NCBI GenBank assembly: GCA_964493715.1
Contig: CAZBPC010000008.1
Span: forward strand, 1-64,000
Reading direction: 5' to 3'
DNA length: 64,000 nucleotides
Source: an uncultured archaeon
Lineage (GTDB): Archaea; Asgardarchaeota; Lokiarchaeia; Sigyniarchaeales; SOKP01
Part shown: positions 49,793-60,115 of the stretch, piece by piece
Layout: the number at the start of each line of letters is the position of its first letter
How positions within the stretch are numbered: the stretch's first letter is position 1
Program-made: the position numbers and the translations under genes
The notes under the pieces: generated by a model
Seen by the model: only the letters and a program-made list of their open reading frames with translations
Database searches by the model: none
What the model was told of the DNA's origin: nothing

Positions 49793-51211
49793 TTATTTTA
49801 CAATCATTCCTTCCTTATCAAAGTTCAGAAAATAACTAATCTTTTCTTTAATTGGATAAAGACCTTCCTTGAACAGAGTATAAAGAAACAATCCTATAAA
49901 GACAATAGAACCAAGACCTGGTGCAAAATTAGTGACTACATCGACCGCTGTGGATGAAGGATCGACCGAAAAGAGAGTATATATTAGCGAACCACCTGCA
50001 ATAAGAATGGATATGAAGGAAATAATCATGGCAGTCTTCTTACTTACATCTAAATGGAATGGACCTACATCAACATGAAAAGTTTTAGGTTGAACAATAA
50101 TCGAAAGAATCGAATGATTTATTGTTTTCTCTTCAAATTCAACGTAGACGTGAAGATGTCTTCTTTCGCTTTCTTTCTTTTCCTTTCTCGTCCGTTTTTC
50201 CTTCTTATTTAATGGTAACACCGAGAAAATCATGACAGGGGGATTTATAGCATCTTTCTTGACTTCTACTCTTCCAAATAATGGATGGACTTCAAATCCC
50301 TCTCCTTCTACCTTTATGTTTAGGACAGGTGGTTCTTTTTTAGTTGTTTTGATAGTAAAAGAGGTTTCAAATATAGTTTTACCTTCTTCATCCATTATTT
50401 TTAATTCTTTATGCGATAAGTAAATGTAAAATAAATAACTTGTCTTTTCCATCATTACGGAGTAATACTGAAGTCCCATATTAATTTCATATACTGAAGG
50501 TTTAGCTTCTTCGCTTTTCACATCTTTCTCGAATAATTCTGGTTCTGATATGCTTGAAAGAGTGGCCTCAGCAGCACGTTTTGGTGATGGAGGGAGTGTT
50601 GCGGGTGCTGCTTTTGGAGGGGCTCCTCCAGGAGCTGGTGGAGCCATGCTTGGTGCGGGAGGTGGCATGAAGTCCTTAGATTTTGCTCTTTCCATTTCAC
50701 CCTCTGCATCTCGAATATCAAAATCGTCTACTTCTTCATAACTTATTTCTTTTTCATATAACTCTTCTTCTTCATATTTCATTGGTTCTTCGTCAAATAC
50801 TTCTTTCTTCGCTTTTCTTTTAGCACTTTTTCCAGGAGCACTAGATTTTTTCTTTTCTCTTGCAATCTCAGAAGATAACTCGTCTCTTTTTCCACCAAGA
50901 TCTATTTGCTTTTTTTCATCCGGCTTTTTAGCTTCTCTTTTGGATATTAAAGCTAATTTATTTATTTTAGTCTTTTCGGCTATTGGTGTGAGAGTAACAA
51001 ATTCTACAAAAAATAGATTCTCTCTTTTCAACGAAGTGTGACCAAAAGAGTCATAAATATCGTTGAGTATTTTTGAAAGGTTAGTATTTTTTTTATAATT
51101 ACCAATGAATACAAAATCCATTATATAAACAGATAGAACTTCAGTCTTCTTATTGTAAAACAATTTATTGGTTGGAATTTTTAATTCTTGAATGGTTTGT
51201 AATGATTCCAT
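49793..51211 (-). CDS. Membrane-anchored protein with charged and Pro/Ala-rich linker
   Basis: Low-complexity K/E and PPPAP tracts, a beta-rich domain and two C-terminal TM helices. Confidence 0.7.
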   Translation of the reverse strand: MESLQTIQELKIPTNKLFYNKKTEVLSVYIMDFVFIGNYKKNTNLSKILNDIYDSFGHTSLKRENLFFVEFVTLTPIAEKTKINKLALISKREAKKPDEKKQIDLGGKRDELSSEIAREKKKSSAPGKSAKRKAKKEVFDEEPMKYEEEELYEKEISYEEVDDFDIRDAEGEMERAKSKDFMPPPAPSMAPPAPGGAPPKAAPATLPPSPKRAAEATLSSISEPELFEKDVKSEEAKPSVYEINMGLQYYSVMMEKTSYLFYIYLSHKELKIMDEEGKTIFETSFTIKTTKKEPPVLNIKVEGEGFEVHPLFGRVEVKKDAINPPVMIFSVLPLNKKEKRTRKEKKESERRHLHVYVEFEEKTINHSILSIIVQPKTFHVDVGPFHLDVSKKTAMIISFISILIAGGSLIYTLFSVDPSSTAVDVVTNFAPGLGSIVFIGLFLYTLFKEGLYPIKEKISYFLNFDKEGMIVK

Positions 51212-51336
51212 GGGATTTTCCTAATTGTGATTCTTAATATTGATAATAGAATTAAAAATTATTATTTTTTTTATAACTTAAAGTTTTAGAGGACTCTCAA
51301 TAAAATTACTATAAAAATAAAAAAGGATCAGGATAT

Positions 51337-52377
51337 CTATACAATTAAATCTCTGAAATAAGCTTTAATTTCAAAGAGATGCCCACTCAGATCTTTTAAT
51401 TTCTTTATCTTGACATCTGGACCAATGATTCTTTCTATCACTTCATTGACGATTTGAATATCTTTATATGATTTAAAATCCAAGTACTCTTGAGTCTCAT
51501 ACTTACTCATCCATGGTTTTAATTTGGGAATTTCTTGGATTGGCTGCAAATCCCAATTTAATGTTCGTTTATAATTATCAATTAATGGTTTTAAATTCTG
51601 GTGATCCCATCGATGTAGAACCCATGGAGCATAATCATTGAGTTTATCAAAGTCCAATTCCAGATCCTCACGCCATTCAAATTGATGATCCCAATTTGCT
51701 GTTGCTAGATAATTGTCATTGTTAGATTTTTCAATTGAAAAAAATTTCCATGTGTTTCTGTTAATTTCTTCACTTCTAAAAGGAATACCTTCACCGTATT
51801 GAAAGAAATAACCCAAAGAGATGAACTTTTTAGGTTCAATACTTAATACTTTTAAATAAACTTCCACTTGAGTGATATCCAACTTATTTTTAATTAACTC
51901 ATCTTGATATAATTTATATACTATGTTCTTTGCTTTATTTGGCAAGCACTTACCACTAAAAACGGGATAATATGAAAAACAGAAATGAGTTGTAGAATCA
52001 TCTGATTGATATTTATATATTTCGAACCAACATTCAATTAATTTAATGTTTACGTTGGAATGTATGAAATTATATAATAAAATCCCTGAGATGATTCCAG
52101 ATACCAATAATATAGGATAGAAAATAAAAGAATTAAAATATATTGGTGATAACATGATGGAGATGGCAACGTATATAAATGTGAAGCCAACGATGAATAT
52201 GAGAGCTATTAATGATTTAAACGCTTCATGTTCTTTATCCTTTTTAGAATGCATTATAATTGGGGCATTCTCAACAACGACACGATTTTCGTATTGATTG
52301 ATAAAATCTTGAAATTCTACCTTTTTCCATTCAGAATTAATCATGATATGTAAAGGGGTTGTTTGGTTTACAATCAA
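51337..52377 (-). CDS. Hypothetical two-TM membrane protein
   Basis: 346-aa intact ORF. Confidence 0.7.
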   Translation of the reverse strand: MIVNQTTPLHIMINSEWKKVEFQDFINQYENRVVVENAPIIMHSKKDKEHEAFKSLIALIFIVGFTFIYVAISIMLSPIYFNSFIFYPILLVSGIISGILLYNFIHSNVNIKLIECWFEIYKYQSDDSTTHFCFSYYPVFSGKCLPNKAKNIVYKLYQDELIKNKLDITQVEVYLKVLSIEPKKFISLGYFFQYGEGIPFRSEEINRNTWKFFSIEKSNNDNYLATANWDHQFEWREDLELDFDKLNDYAPWVLHRWDHQNLKPLIDNYKRTLNWDLQPIQEIPKLKPWMSKYETQEYLDFKSYKDIQIVNEVIERIIGPDVKIKKLKDLSGHLFEIKAYFRDLIV

Positions 52378-52514
52378 AAAAATTATATGGTTGAATTATA
52401 ATAAAACTTGTCTATAAATTTATTTGAATTCACAATTTTCCAAAACAAATAATTAAATCATTTCTCCATGCTATTTTTAATTTTGATCCATCATTTCACT
52501 TTATGATATAAACA

Positions 52515-54842
52515 ATGATTGATTTCGAAGACTTTTTGAAATTTATCAAATCTCAAGATTACTATACTGGACAAATAGCACATATTGAAACTTTTCCTGA
52601 ATTGAGAGCTCGATATAATGATTTGGAAAAACCATTACGGAAGAGACTTCAAAGATGGTTAGACAACAATAACATCAAGCTATGGCGTCATCAAGCAGAG
52701 GCAATAAATAACATTCGTAATGGTAAAAATACAGTAACAGTAACTTCTACATCTTCAGGAAAATCTCTCATTTATAATTTATCCGTTATCAATTCACTCT
52801 TTGAAGATCCCGAGGCGACAGCATTATATTTATTTCCCACAAAAGCATTAGCACGGGATCAATTTGCAATATTATCAAAATTGTTTGAAGAAACTAATAT
52901 AAAACAAGATAGAATTGGAGTGTATGATGGAGATGTTGAACCAAATGAAAAAAGATTGATCTTAGCAAATGCTAACATAATTCTCTCTAATCCATTTGGT
53001 TTACATTTTTACTTACCATGGTTCAAGCAAAAGTGGAGGAGATTTTGCTCTCATTTAAAATATATTGTAATAGATGAAATCCATATCTATCGAGGAATCT
53101 TTGGATCAAATTTTGCTCTTCTGTTGAGACGTCTAAAACGGATTCTTGAAACATTTGGAGTTAAACCAATTTGGATTTTATCTAGCGCTACAATACATAA
53201 TCCGAAGATTTTTTGCGAGAAATTGGTTGGTGAAGAATTTGTAATTGTAGATAAAGATGATTCCCCTTCAGGAGCAAAAAAAGTAATTTTATGGGATTTA
53301 CCTTATGATGATTCAAGTGGAAAATATCGATCTGCTCATCAAGAAACAAAAAACCTTTTTATCAGTCATTTAGTATATAAAAATGGAATACAAACTCTGG
53401 TATTTACACTCTCTCGCAAGATGGCTGAACTACAAGCAATTTGGACAAGAAAGGCATTACCTGTGATGAAAAGTAAGATACAGAGCTATCGAGCGGGGAT
53501 CACGAAATCAAAAAGACGCGAAATTGAACAAAAGTTCAAAGAAAGAAAAATTCTTGGAATTTCTTCTACTAACGCCCTTGAATTAGGTATAGATATTGGT
53601 TCTCTGGATGCTACAATTAGTTCGGGATTCCCAGGGACTATTGCTAGCTTTAAACAACAAATTGGCAGGTCTGGAAGAGGGACTGACCTCTCAATATCAA
53701 CTTTTATTCCAATGCAAAATCCTCTTGATTTGTTTTATATTCATAATCCAGAAAAATTATTTGGCCCAATAAAAGAAGAAGTTTTAATCACCTTGAAAAA
53801 TAAATATATCCTCAAAAATCACCTTTGTTGCGCTTCTAAAGAATTACCCCTTAAAATTGATGAATATCTTAAATTTGGAATCGAGGATCAGAAGTTATAT
53901 GAAGAAAGTATTAATGAATTAGTCGATGAATCGCTTCTCATGAAGAGAGGCTCTCAATTTTATTGGAAAGGAGTTTTCTTCCCTAATGAGCATTATAGTT
54001 TGAATGATTTATCGAATAATAGCTATAAAGTAATTCTTAGAAACAAATCTAGCAATGAAATTCTCACTATTGAGGATGAGAGTTTTGTATTTCGAGACTT
54101 ACATCCTGGAGCAGTATATCTCTTTGAAGCCGAGATTTATACGGTTCAAGAGCTTGATATTCAAGAAAAACTCGTTTATATAAAAAAATCTGACGTAGAT
54201 TATTATACGCAATCTTTAAAACATACAGAAATTACTCCTTTAGAAGTTGTATATAATAAAAATATTGGCCCAATGAATAATATAGAAACTTCATATGGAA
54301 AAGTTAGAGTTGAACATAATTATTATGGTTATAAAGTCTTAGATACATATACTCAAGAAATTCGCTCACGACACCCTCTTGAAGATATTCCTATTGTCAA
54401 TTTTGAATCATATGCATTATGGTTCAATATTCCCTTTGAATATCAAAAAGAATTAGAACTCAAAGGTTTTGATTTAGGAGGAACAATTCATGCTATCGAA
54501 CATGCATTAATCGCAATTGCTCCAACTTTAGCTCAAATATCAAGATGGGATCTGGGCGGAGTATCCATTGATTTTGATCCGATTAAACAACAACCCGTGA
54601 TCTATATTTATGATGCTTTTAGGGGTGGTATTGGAATTTCTGAGCAACTATATATGGAACTAATAAATTTAATGAAATTAGCCCTTGATTTAATAACATC
54701 TTGTAGTTGTAAAACAGATAATGGTTGTCCAGGATGTATTATGTCGAGTCGTTGCGGAAATCTAAATGATCCCCTAGACAAAGAAGGGGCACTTTTTCTT
54801 CTAAGGAAGTTACTTTCCTTAGATCCAAATAATAAAAACTAG
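52515..54842 (+). CDS. SF2 DEAD/DEAH helicase with DUF1998 Zn domain (Hrq1/SftH-like)
   Basis: TSSGKSL, PTKAL, DEIH, SAT, TNALELGIDIG, QQIGRSGR; C-terminal CSC..GCPGC..C. Confidence 0.93.
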   Translation: MIDFEDFLKFIKSQDYYTGQIAHIETFPELRARYNDLEKPLRKRLQRWLDNNNIKLWRHQAEAINNIRNGKNTVTVTSTSSGKSLIYNLSVINSLFEDPEATALYLFPTKALARDQFAILSKLFEETNIKQDRIGVYDGDVEPNEKRLILANANIILSNPFGLHFYLPWFKQKWRRFCSHLKYIVIDEIHIYRGIFGSNFALLLRRLKRILETFGVKPIWILSSATIHNPKIFCEKLVGEEFVIVDKDDSPSGAKKVILWDLPYDDSSGKYRSAHQETKNLFISHLVYKNGIQTLVFTLSRKMAELQAIWTRKALPVMKSKIQSYRAGITKSKRREIEQKFKERKILGISSTNALELGIDIGSLDATISSGFPGTIASFKQQIGRSGRGTDLSISTFIPMQNPLDLFYIHNPEKLFGPIKEEVLITLKNKYILKNHLCCASKELPLKIDEYLKFGIEDQKLYEESINELVDESLLMKRGSQFYWKGVFFPNEHYSLNDLSNNSYKVILRNKSSNEILTIEDESFVFRDLHPGAVYLFEAEIYTVQELDIQEKLVYIKKSDVDYYTQSLKHTEITPLEVVYNKNIGPMNNIETSYGKVRVEHNYYGYKVLDTYTQEIRSRHPLEDIPIVNFESYALWFNIPFEYQKELELKGFDLGGTIHAIEHALIAIAPTLAQISRWDLGGVSIDFDPIKQQPVIYIYDAFRGGIGISEQLYMELINLMKLALDLITSCSCKTDNGCPGCIMSSRCGNLNDPLDKEGALFLLRKLLSLDPNNKN

Positions 54843-54853
54843 TTAAATCGTCG

Positions 54854-56692
54854 TTATAATTTATCTAAACCTAAGAACTTTAACTTAGCTTCACTTGGTC
54901 TTCCCGTATTTTTATCCCAATCCCGATATTTATAAAAATATTCTTTCATTTTAACGAAATCGGGAGTTTTTCCCGCAGAACCACCAGTACTAAAAGGTCT
55001 AGTTAAAATTCGAGGTAATCGATCATCCATTGATGTTAAACCCATTTTAATATTGAAAAGACGTTTTAAATTTAGAATTCTTTCTCCGAATAATTTGATT
55101 TCCTCAAGACCAAAATTGATTCCTACAGCATGTTTTATTAGTTCGGCATTTTGAGATGGTAAAGGATTACAAAAGGAGCACATTATCATTGAACTATATA
55201 ACGCTCGATAATCCATATCAAGACTGCAATATTTAGCCATATCCTCTCCATCACTATATTTATCAACGAGCTCCATACCTATTTCTTCTAAAGCAACACC
55301 TAATAAGCTATAATAAGGATCACAAGCATTATGAGAAGGTCCTCTATAGGCTCCACCCATTCCGTAGGCTATTGACATGCCATAATTCGAGCGAAGATCA
55401 TGGTAAGTAACCTCTAAACCTACTACCGTAGCTATTTCTTCTCTTGATATCTTAAACTTATCGGCGAATGTATTAGACCCTTCAGCAAGGATATTCCCGA
55501 TACCTTTCCTATGTACAATATTTTCTAAAATCTTTTCTACAAAAGCGATATCTCCCCATTTTGGGGTCATCCCATCAATATCATCAGCAGTTATAGCCCC
55601 TTTCTCGTAATGATGAATTAAACAAGCAATTACTCCTCCAGAACTTATAGTATCTATTCCATAATCAAAACATTTACTGTTCAAATGAGTAATTGCTTCA
55701 AGATTATCATTTAGAATTAAACTACCAAAACTCACGATCGTTTCATACTCAGGACCTTCGACTTCTTCTGTTTGGTATTTCCCCTTCTTTATTTTAACCC
55801 TTCGACCACATCCAATAACACATGAATGGCAGAATCTTCTATTAACTAAGATGGTTTCTGCCATAGTTGCACCCGATATTTTATAAGCTCTCTCCCATTG
55901 TGGTTTAGAAAAATACTTAATGCATAATTCTCCAGTCGCGTTATACATGTCTAATGCTCCGGAAGTTCCTAACTCGCCTAGAACTTGAGTTCCAAAAGAG
56001 GCTTTGACGTAATTTCTCGCATTATCTATTGCCTCTCTTAATTTATCTTGATCATGGACTTCGAGATTGATATTACTACCTTTAATGATGATAGCTTTTA
56101 ACTTTTTTGAACCTAAAATTGCACCCATCCCCGTCCTACCTGCCGCCCTCTCTTCTGACACAATATTGGCATACTTTACTAAATTTTCACCAGCTGGTCC
56201 TATACAAGCAACCATTGATTTTTGCTCACCAAATACTTCTTTTAGCTTTTTAGTAACATATATAGTCCCCTTTCCCCATAAAAATGTTGCATCTTTTAAT
56301 TCAACCCGTTCATCTTTTATTTCTAGATATACAGGAGTTTTCGAAGCTCCCTTAATTATAATGCCATCATATCCTGCCTTCTTCACTTCTGCTCCAAACC
56401 AACTTCCACAATTTGATTCCCCCCAGATACCTGTATAAGGAGACTTCGAACATACGACCCATCTTCCTGTATTAGGTGCAAATGTTCCGTTCAAGGGTCC
56501 CGTCATTATCATTAAAATGTTATCTGGGGAAAGAGGATCAGTCTCTTTACTTAAACGTTGATATAAATAACGACACGCGTACCCAGCACCTCCCAAAAAA
56601 TCTTTAGCAATTGTTTCATCCAATTTTTCTGTAGAAATTTCACGATTTGATAAGTCTACATGAAGCAATTTACCTCGAAATGCTTTTAACAT
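54854..56692 (-). CDS. Tungsten/molybdopterin aldehyde:ferredoxin oxidoreductase
   Basis: KSPYTG, IGPAGEN, GRTGMGAILGSKKLKA, CHSCVIGC, GPEYET and GIDTIS motifs. Confidence 0.94.
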   Translation of the reverse strand: MLKAFRGKLLHVDLSNREISTEKLDETIAKDFLGGAGYACRYLYQRLSKETDPLSPDNILMIMTGPLNGTFAPNTGRWVVCSKSPYTGIWGESNCGSWFGAEVKKAGYDGIIIKGASKTPVYLEIKDERVELKDATFLWGKGTIYVTKKLKEVFGEQKSMVACIGPAGENLVKYANIVSEERAAGRTGMGAILGSKKLKAIIIKGSNINLEVHDQDKLREAIDNARNYVKASFGTQVLGELGTSGALDMYNATGELCIKYFSKPQWERAYKISGATMAETILVNRRFCHSCVIGCGRRVKIKKGKYQTEEVEGPEYETIVSFGSLILNDNLEAITHLNSKCFDYGIDTISSGGVIACLIHHYEKGAITADDIDGMTPKWGDIAFVEKILENIVHRKGIGNILAEGSNTFADKFKISREEIATVVGLEVTYHDLRSNYGMSIAYGMGGAYRGPSHNACDPYYSLLGVALEEIGMELVDKYSDGEDMAKYCSLDMDYRALYSSMIMCSFCNPLPSQNAELIKHAVGINFGLEEIKLFGERILNLKRLFNIKMGLTSMDDRLPRILTRPFSTGGSAGKTPDFVKMKEYFYKYRDWDKNTGRPSEAKLKFLGLDKL

Positions 56693-56847
56693 GTTTCCAT
56701 CAATTATTCATAATTCTTTTTAATTGGAAGTAAAAAATCATTTTTTCTATAATATTCTTACCCTTTGAATATATTAGTGAAATTTTTTTTCAAATTTTAT
56801 GATTCATTAAAACAATTTTTATAACCAGTTCGTCTCTTTTTATTATT

Positions 56848-57348
56848 ATGACTGCAAAATTCGATTTAAAATGGGATGATCTTGTGTCACCTACCATGAA
56901 TCCAGATGACTATTTAGAGCAATTTAAAGATACAATTGAATCAAATTATAACACTTATGAACCAAAATCCGAAGTGTTAGAAAAAATCAAGAACTTGCTT
57001 TCCAAAAATAAAGCGAAGTTAAAAATTGTTGCTTTGGGCGCCGATTGGTGTCCAGATTGCAACAGGAACGTACCAAGGATGATTAAAATTGTTAAAATAA
57101 TCAATAGTAAGGATATTGAATTTCGGATTTTATATGGAATTATGGTTAATGCCCTCCATAAACCAGGAGAAACCATTTGGCATGAAAAACGTTCACCTCC
57201 CGAAGCTGTTGATCCGAGATTTGAGTTAAAAAAAATTCCAACCTTCTATTTTTTCAATAAACATAAAGAATTTATTGGTCTTATCAAAGAAAATCCAATA
57301 GACACTATTGAAGAGGATATGCTCGAAATTTTAGAAACTAGTCAATAA
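56848..57348 (+). CDS. Thioredoxin-family protein
   Basis: GADWCPDC and cis-Pro IPTF motifs. Confidence 0.88.
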   Translation: MTAKFDLKWDDLVSPTMNPDDYLEQFKDTIESNYNTYEPKSEVLEKIKNLLSKNKAKLKIVALGADWCPDCNRNVPRMIKIVKIINSKDIEFRILYGIMVNALHKPGETIWHEKRSPPEAVDPRFELKKIPTFYFFNKHKEFIGLIKENPIDTIEEDMLEILETSQ

Positions 57349-57431
57349 TTTGTGTGATTTTTATCCTTTTCTTATTTCTCTCCTAAATCAAAGCATCAAA
57401 ATTTATATTAGTAAATCTCCATAATAATTCT

Positions 57432-59477
57432 ATGTCTAAATTAAAAGTAAAAAAAGTCATAATTTTCAAGCATGGTGTTTCATATTATATTCTACAAGCC
57501 CCAATTAAAGGGTCTGGAAAATATGAATTAGAATTTAAAATTAGTGAGATGGACGATGTTCTAAAATCTCTATTTGTAATAGATACCAGTGAGAAAGGCT
57601 ACATAAGTTCAATTTCATATGATACGGCTCTAGAGACAAGTGAATTATTAAAATCGATCATGCTAAATATTCCTGATATGGACTCTTTTTCTTCATTGAT
57701 AACTCAAATTAAAGGTGCACCGGTTAGTCTGTTGATTGCGGGAGGAAAAAGCCTTAAAGGCATTATTATGGGAATAGAATTAAACGAAAGATTTATTAAA
57801 GACCAAAAATCTACTGAGAAAATATTAATCTTACTGCAAGATGATGATACGATATCTAAAATTCCCTTTTCTGATATAAAATCACTTGAAATTCTGAATG
57901 ATGATATTAAAAAAGATCTGAAATTCTTCTTAGATACGGTCATCGCAGGCAAAAAAAAGGATTCAAAAAATATTCTGATCCATTGTGAATCAGGAGGGGA
58001 TGATGAGATTGAACGTGAAATTTTCGTTTCATATATCTTAGAAAGTCCTATATGGAAGACCTCTTATAGATTAATAATAAGCAAGGAGTTAGAACAAAAA
58101 CAACAGTGTTTACTTTCTGGATGGTGCATGGTAGAAAATACTACCAATCAAGACTGGGAGAATATTGAATTATCACTAGTGGCTGGAATGCCTGTTTCGT
58201 TCCGTTATGATTTTTATAAACCCATCTTTATTCAACGCCCTATAGTTAAACCTCCAACAACTTTAAGTGCTAAACCAACTGATATTGAGGAAGGATTAGA
58301 ATTAGAGACATTCAAAGATTATGCCATGGCAGAAGAGGCAAGACCAGCAATGAAGATGAGTAAAAAATTGAGAGGAGCATTACCACCAGCACCTGCAGGA
58401 GCAGCTTCAGGAAGGAGATATTTGGGTGTTATGGGAGCCTCTTTAGATGATGAAACTTTAATGGAAAAGGTCAAATCTCAAACCAAGACGCAAACAAAAG
58501 ATTTAGGAGAGCTATTTGAGTATAATATCTCAAATCCCGTAACAATTAAAAGAAAACATTCAGCTTTAGTACCTATCTTAACTGAAGCCATAAAAGCAAG
58601 GCGTATATTGCTATTTAACATAAATGAACATGATAAAAACCCGAACGCCTGTCTAGAAATAACGAATAATACAACTTTAACACTTGAAAGAGGTCCAGCA
58701 ACCATTATCTATGATGATAATTTGGCGGGTGAGGCAATCGTTCCTTTTTTAAATAAAGATGATACGAGACTATTGAATTATGCAATCGAACAAGCTGTTA
58801 TCATAATCCACGAGCAAAAGAGTGAGAATTTAAGTGTACATAAAGTAAATTTTGGAAGTGGATATTCATATGAATATTACTTCACTGATTCAATGACAAC
58901 TTATAAAATTAAGAACAAAACCAGTGAAGAGAAGGAATTATATCTCGATCATCCAAAATCACCCGGATTTAAATTTATTGAACCACCGATCCAACCTGAA
59001 GAAACACCGAATTATTGGCGTTTTAAAATTACACTAAAACCGAATGATGCAATAAATTTCTCGCTTAAGGAACGTAAAGAAAATTATACATCTAACTATT
59101 TATGGAACTGGTCGAAAGATAAAATTTTAGAACGTGTTGGATTCTATATTAAACATAAGTTTATCGATGACAAAATTGAAAATCAACTGAAAGAAATCGC
59201 GGAACTAATCCAAAAATCAAATGAACTAAAAACAAAAAGAGATAAGTTAGTAAATGAACGAGACATTATGAATGACGAGCAAGCTAGATTACGTGAAAAT
59301 ATAACGGTTTTAGGTAATGATACCCAATCAGTCTCCTTAAAAGAACGATATGTTAAAAAACTCAATGATCAAGAAAATAGATTTGAATCAATATCTGGTG
59401 ATCTAAATAGACTTGATAAGGAAATAACTGAATTGAATAAAGATATTGATGGGAGAATAAACGGTCTAAAAGTTTAA
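57432..59477 (+). CDS. DUF4139-like protein with C-terminal coiled coil
   Basis: FKHGVSY, DDVLKSL, PIWKTSYRL, VENTTNQDW and GELFEY motifs. Confidence 0.75.
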   Translation: MSKLKVKKVIIFKHGVSYYILQAPIKGSGKYELEFKISEMDDVLKSLFVIDTSEKGYISSISYDTALETSELLKSIMLNIPDMDSFSSLITQIKGAPVSLLIAGGKSLKGIIMGIELNERFIKDQKSTEKILILLQDDDTISKIPFSDIKSLEILNDDIKKDLKFFLDTVIAGKKKDSKNILIHCESGGDDEIEREIFVSYILESPIWKTSYRLIISKELEQKQQCLLSGWCMVENTTNQDWENIELSLVAGMPVSFRYDFYKPIFIQRPIVKPPTTLSAKPTDIEEGLELETFKDYAMAEEARPAMKMSKKLRGALPPAPAGAASGRRYLGVMGASLDDETLMEKVKSQTKTQTKDLGELFEYNISNPVTIKRKHSALVPILTEAIKARRILLFNINEHDKNPNACLEITNNTTLTLERGPATIIYDDNLAGEAIVPFLNKDDTRLLNYAIEQAVIIIHEQKSENLSVHKVNFGSGYSYEYYFTDSMTTYKIKNKTSEEKELYLDHPKSPGFKFIEPPIQPEETPNYWRFKITLKPNDAINFSLKERKENYTSNYLWNWSKDKILERVGFYIKHKFIDDKIENQLKEIAELIQKSNELKTKRDKLVNERDIMNDEQARLRENITVLGNDTQSVSLKERYVKKLNDQENRFESISGDLNRLDKEITELNKDIDGRINGLKV

Positions 59478-59611
59478 ATTTTTTATTTTTTTTATTAAAT
59501 ATATTTATTAATCTTGCGAAGTAAAATTCTTAAAGCTCAATATTATGTAATATATAGACCCAATAATTATTAAAAATAAATCATAAATAATGAATTAACC
59601 TATCCTAAAAG

Positions 59612-59833
59612 GTGAAAATTATGAGTATTGAAGAATTAGAAGAGCAAGTCGAAAAACTATTAGATGAAAGAGACAAGTTAGAGGAAATTTGCGACACTTT
59701 GCCACAATGTGCAGAAGACGATGGTTGTGATACTTGCAAGACTTATAATAAAATTGCTGCAATTGATGATAAAATAGAAGCCTTGGAAGATAAAATCGAG
59801 AGTTTAATGGGAGACGACGAGGACGACGAATAA
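59612..59833 (+). CDS. Small acidic coiled-coil protein with four Cys
   Basis: Helix, then C-x5-C-x5-C-x2-C, then helix; GGTGA SD before the internal ATG. Confidence 0.7.
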   Translation: MKIMSIEELEEQVEKLLDERDKLEEICDTLPQCAEDDGCDTCKTYNKIAAIDDKIEALEDKIESLMGDDEDDE

Positions 59834-60115
59834 ACTAATAGAATTATGTATTTTTTTTATATCTCTTTTTTTTGTATATTTTTTGAAATTTTAAGTGAAT
59901 TTAATAGCTGATTCTCGGATATAAAAAAGTCTAAATAATTATTTCTATATTCAATGAATAAAACCGTTTTTCTTAATTTATCCATTGCTCGAAATCTCTA
60001 AATTGATACCATTGAAATTAATTCTGCAAAAAAAATTAAAATATTACTTCACATTTTCCAATTTATATTATATTCAACTTTTTATAATAACATTAAAAGG
60101 AAGTGCGAAAAAAGA

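Noticed and set aside
52515-54842. DUF1998 helicase as part of a DISARM-like defence system
   Set aside because: It is a single fused Hrq1/SftH-type gene in housekeeping context; the methyltransferase is about 24 kb away.
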